In this document: piece by piece, positions 6,807-8,238 of the stretch
How positions within the stretch are numbered: position 1 is the first letter of the stretch
How the letters are laid out: every line of letters begins with the position of its first letter
Origin: a virus
Lineage: Duplodnaviria > Heunggongvirae > Uroviricota > Caudoviricetes
Direction: 5' to 3' (one strand)
Virus record (IMG/VR): IMGVR_UViG_2548876694_000021
Length of the DNA stretch: 8,238 bases
Notes under the pieces: generated by a model
What the model saw: the letters and a program-made list of their open reading frames with translations, nothing else
What the model was told of the DNA's origin: nothing
The model's database searches: none
Made by a program: the position numbers and the translations under genes

Positions 6807-6998
6807 ATGGGTACAGCCCTTTCTCCGATAGTTTCAGAATTCGAAACTACCGAACAAGAAAACAGTTACAACGAATGGTTGCGCACTAAAGTAACGTCAA
6901 GCCTTGCAGACACTCGCCCCGCAATTCCACATGACGAGGTAATGGCTGAAATGGAAAATCTTATTGCTCAAATTGCTGTAACTAACAAGAGCGAGTAA
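6807..6998 (+). CDS. paaA: Type II antitoxin partner of ParE (PaaA-like, 63 aa)
   Basis: GAGGAG lies 7 nt upstream of the ATG. Small acidic protein (…SEFETTEQENSYNEWLRTKV…HDEVMAEMENLIAQI). Its stop overlaps the toxin start (TAATG at 6996-7000). It resembles PaaA2 of E. coli O157 prophages as I recall it. Confidence 0.72.
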   Translation: MGTALSPIVSEFETTEQENSYNEWLRTKVTSSLADTRPAIPHDEVMAEMENLIAQIAVTNKSE

Positions 6999-7285
6999 TG
7001 TTACCCATTTTATGGCTACCGTCTGCTCGCGATGATTTGCGCCAGATCATAACTTACATCGCCAAGGAGAACCCACCGGCAGCACGTAGACTAAAAATAC
7101 GCATTGAAACATCGGTATTACCTCTATCTGAGCATCCGTACTTATATCCACCAAGCGAACGGGTTTCTGGATTGAGAGAGATCGTGACCCACCCTAACTA
7201 CATAATCCTGTACAGAGTAGCTGCTTCAAGCATTGAGATTGTAAGCGTGACACATTCTCGGCGACAATTTCCCTTCTCTATCTGA
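6998..7285 (+). CDS. parE: ParE/RelE-superfamily type II toxin (ParE-like, 95 aa)
   Basis: The MLPILWLPSARDDLRQI...EHPYLYPPSERVSGLREIVTHPNYIILYRVAASSIEIVSVTHSRRQF pattern is characteristic of ParE toxins. It is translationally coupled to the antitoxin gene. Confidence 0.85.
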   Translation: MLPILWLPSARDDLRQIITYIAKENPPAARRLKIRIETSVLPLSEHPYLYPPSERVSGLREIVTHPNYIILYRVAASSIEIVSVTHSRRQFPFSI

Positions 7286-7303
7286 GTTGAACAATTTTCA
7301 TAC

Positions 7304-7326
7304 TCCCTCTTTCGAGGGATTTTTTT
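7304..7326 (+). terminator. Putative Rho-independent terminator after the toxin gene
   Basis: Stem TCCCTC (7304-7309) / GAGGGA (7314-7319) with a 4-nt loop, followed by a T-run (7320-7326). Confidence 0.5.
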
Positions 7327-7336
7327 GCCCAAAACA

Positions 7337-7380
7337 ACAATTAAAAACTGTTGACACAAAACAGTTTTTAATTGTAGATT
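7337..7380 (+). promoter_or_regulatory. OL-like operator (15-bp arms, 9-bp spacer) overlapping a rightward PL-like promoter
   Basis: ACAATTAAAAACTGT (7337-7351) and ACAGTTTTTAATTGT (7361-7375) are perfect reverse complements and differ from the OR-like site by one base per arm. A consensus -35 TTGACA (7351-7356) is followed 18 nt later by TAGATT (7375-7380). Confidence 0.6.
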
Positions 7381-7561
7381 ACATACACCAACCACCCACC
7401 CCGCCCCACAGAACGCCGGGCAATACTTCGAGTTACCAGGCAGTGGTCAGGGGGTAAGTAGCCAGCCCGAGGCGTATGAACATGACGGCAGGGTTCAACT
7501 TTAATAACTATGCAGCAGGTTTTTGTTCCGCTACCCGGCGTTAAGGGGAAATGAGGTCAAC

Positions 7562-7717
7562 ATGGATACTATCGATCTTGGCAACAACGAATCTCTGGTG
7601 TACGGCGTGTTTCCCAACCAGGACGGTACATTCACCGCGATGACGTATACCAAAAGCAAAACGTTTAAAACCGAAAATGGTGCCCGTCGCTGGCTGGAAA
7701 GAAACTCAGGTGAGTGA
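7562..7717 (+). CDS. Small early protein (51 aa), YdfA-like (DUF1391) by recollection
   Basis: GAGG lies 5 nt upstream of the ATG at 7562; the ORF track begins at an upstream TTG (7523). Protein MDTIDLGNNESLVYGVFPNQDGTFTAMTYTK... Confidence 0.6.
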   Translation: MDTIDLGNNESLVYGVFPNQDGTFTAMTYTKSKTFKTENGARRWLERNSGE

Positions 7718-7718
7718 T

Positions 7719-7847
7719 ATGGATTTCGACACAATCATGGAAAAGGCTTACGAAGAATACTTCGAAGGCCTTGCCGAAGGCGAGGAAGCTCTCAGCTTCA
7801 GTGAGTTTAAACAGGCGCTTTCCAGTTCGGCAAAATCTAACGACTAA
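7719..7847 (+). CDS. Small acidic protein (42 aa), YdfB-like by recollection; not in the supplied ORF track
   Basis: ATG at 7719 lies 1 nt after the preceding stop, with GGTGAG upstream. Translates to MDFDTIMEKAYEEYFEGLAEGEEALSFSEFKQALSSSAKSND with stop at 7845-7847. Called by hand. Confidence 0.5.
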   Translation: MDFDTIMEKAYEEYFEGLAEGEEALSFSEFKQALSSSAKSND

Positions 7848-7858
7848 CGGAGTTAAAG

Positions 7859-8173
7859 ATGGAATTTAAAGATTTACTAAAAGAAATCCAGGAAATTGCA
7901 GCACATGCACTTCACCAACGTCTGAACGAAGTTGAATTAGAATCTGCAACGAAGAAATACATTGATAATATGGCTCGTAATGTGCGCGATGCGTTTACCG
8001 GATTGTACTCTGTTTCGGTAACAAACAACCAGAATACTGAAGAAACTGCAAAGCGGATTGCCTCGGTGATGGGTTTTCATGTCGAGGAAAAGTATTCAAA
8101 AAAAGAATTCTGGAAAACTACAAAAAAATTGCAGAGCGAGAACTGTCATCTCCTGCGGCAATCGCTGAGGTAG
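7859..8173 (+). CDS. Hypothetical protein (104 aa)
   Basis: GGAG lies 6 nt upstream of the ATG. No recognised domain. Somewhat AT-richer than neighbouring genes. Confidence 0.6.
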   Translation: MEFKDLLKEIQEIAAHALHQRLNEVELESATKKYIDNMARNVRDAFTGLYSVSVTNNQNTEETAKRIASVMGFHVEEKYSKKEFWKTTKKLQSENCHLLRQSLR

Positions 8174-8229
8174 CCTGAGTTTAACGGACACTCCTTCCTG
8201 AAATAGAATGGCATCAGAAGGAGCTAATA

Positions 8230-8238
8230 ATGAGCAGA
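8230..8238 (+). CDS. Start of a further gene (MSR...), truncated by the window end
   Basis: AAGGAG (8218-8223) lies 6 nt upstream of the ATG at 8230. Only three codons are visible. Confidence 0.3.

Noticed and set aside
6628-6831. 67-aa plus-strand ORF overlapping the repressor 3' end
   Set aside because: Alternative frame of the repressor gene with a poly-Lys/Arg translation and no SD.
7198-7395. 65-aa minus-strand ORF across the toxin 3' end, terminator and operator
   Set aside because: Antisense to the ParE-like gene and spans obvious regulatory DNA, with no SD.
7523-7561. Upstream TTG start for the small gene (MFRYPALRGNEVN...)
   Set aside because: The ATG at 7562 has a correctly spaced GAGG SD and gives the 51-aa product expected for this family; the TTG has none.
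7531-7734. 67-aa minus-strand ORF antisense to the YdfA-like gene
   Set aside because: Shadow ORF; the plus-strand small genes have proper ribosome-binding sites and tight spacing.
1-8238. CRISPR arrays, tRNA/rRNA genes, integrase, IS elements or attachment sites
   Set aside because: No regularly spaced direct repeats with unique spacers, no cloverleaf-like or rRNA-like segments, and no recombinase or transposase-like ORFs were seen. The only periodic repeats are the iteron-like and hexanucleotide repeats inside the initiator gene.

Overview
This window reads as the immunity and early-replication region of a lambdoid (Rac/Qin-type) enterobacterial prophage; all calls are from reading the sequence and from recalled protein families, with no searches run. 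Centre: a repressor gene (6378-6779, +) and a Cro/YdaS-like gene (6269-5997, -) diverge from a palindromic operator. The leftward early operon carries Cro-like, YdaT-like, an unresolved ORF pair, a replication initiator with internal iteron-like repeats, a DnaC-like helicase loader and two uncharacterised proteins. Rightward, the repressor is co-operonic with a ParE-family toxin/antitoxin pair (resembling the three-component PaaR-PaaA-ParE modules), followed by a terminator, a second mirror-image operator/promoter and small early genes. The left ~1.9 kb is AT-rich and carries an esterase-family hydrolase plus the 5' end of a hok-like type I toxin locus. No rRNA, tRNA, CRISPR array, integrase or transposase was seen. 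The strongest candidates for something undescribed are the esterase island and the unresolved antisense ORF pair between the YdaT-like and replication genes; the toxin/antitoxin module itself appears to belong to a known family.
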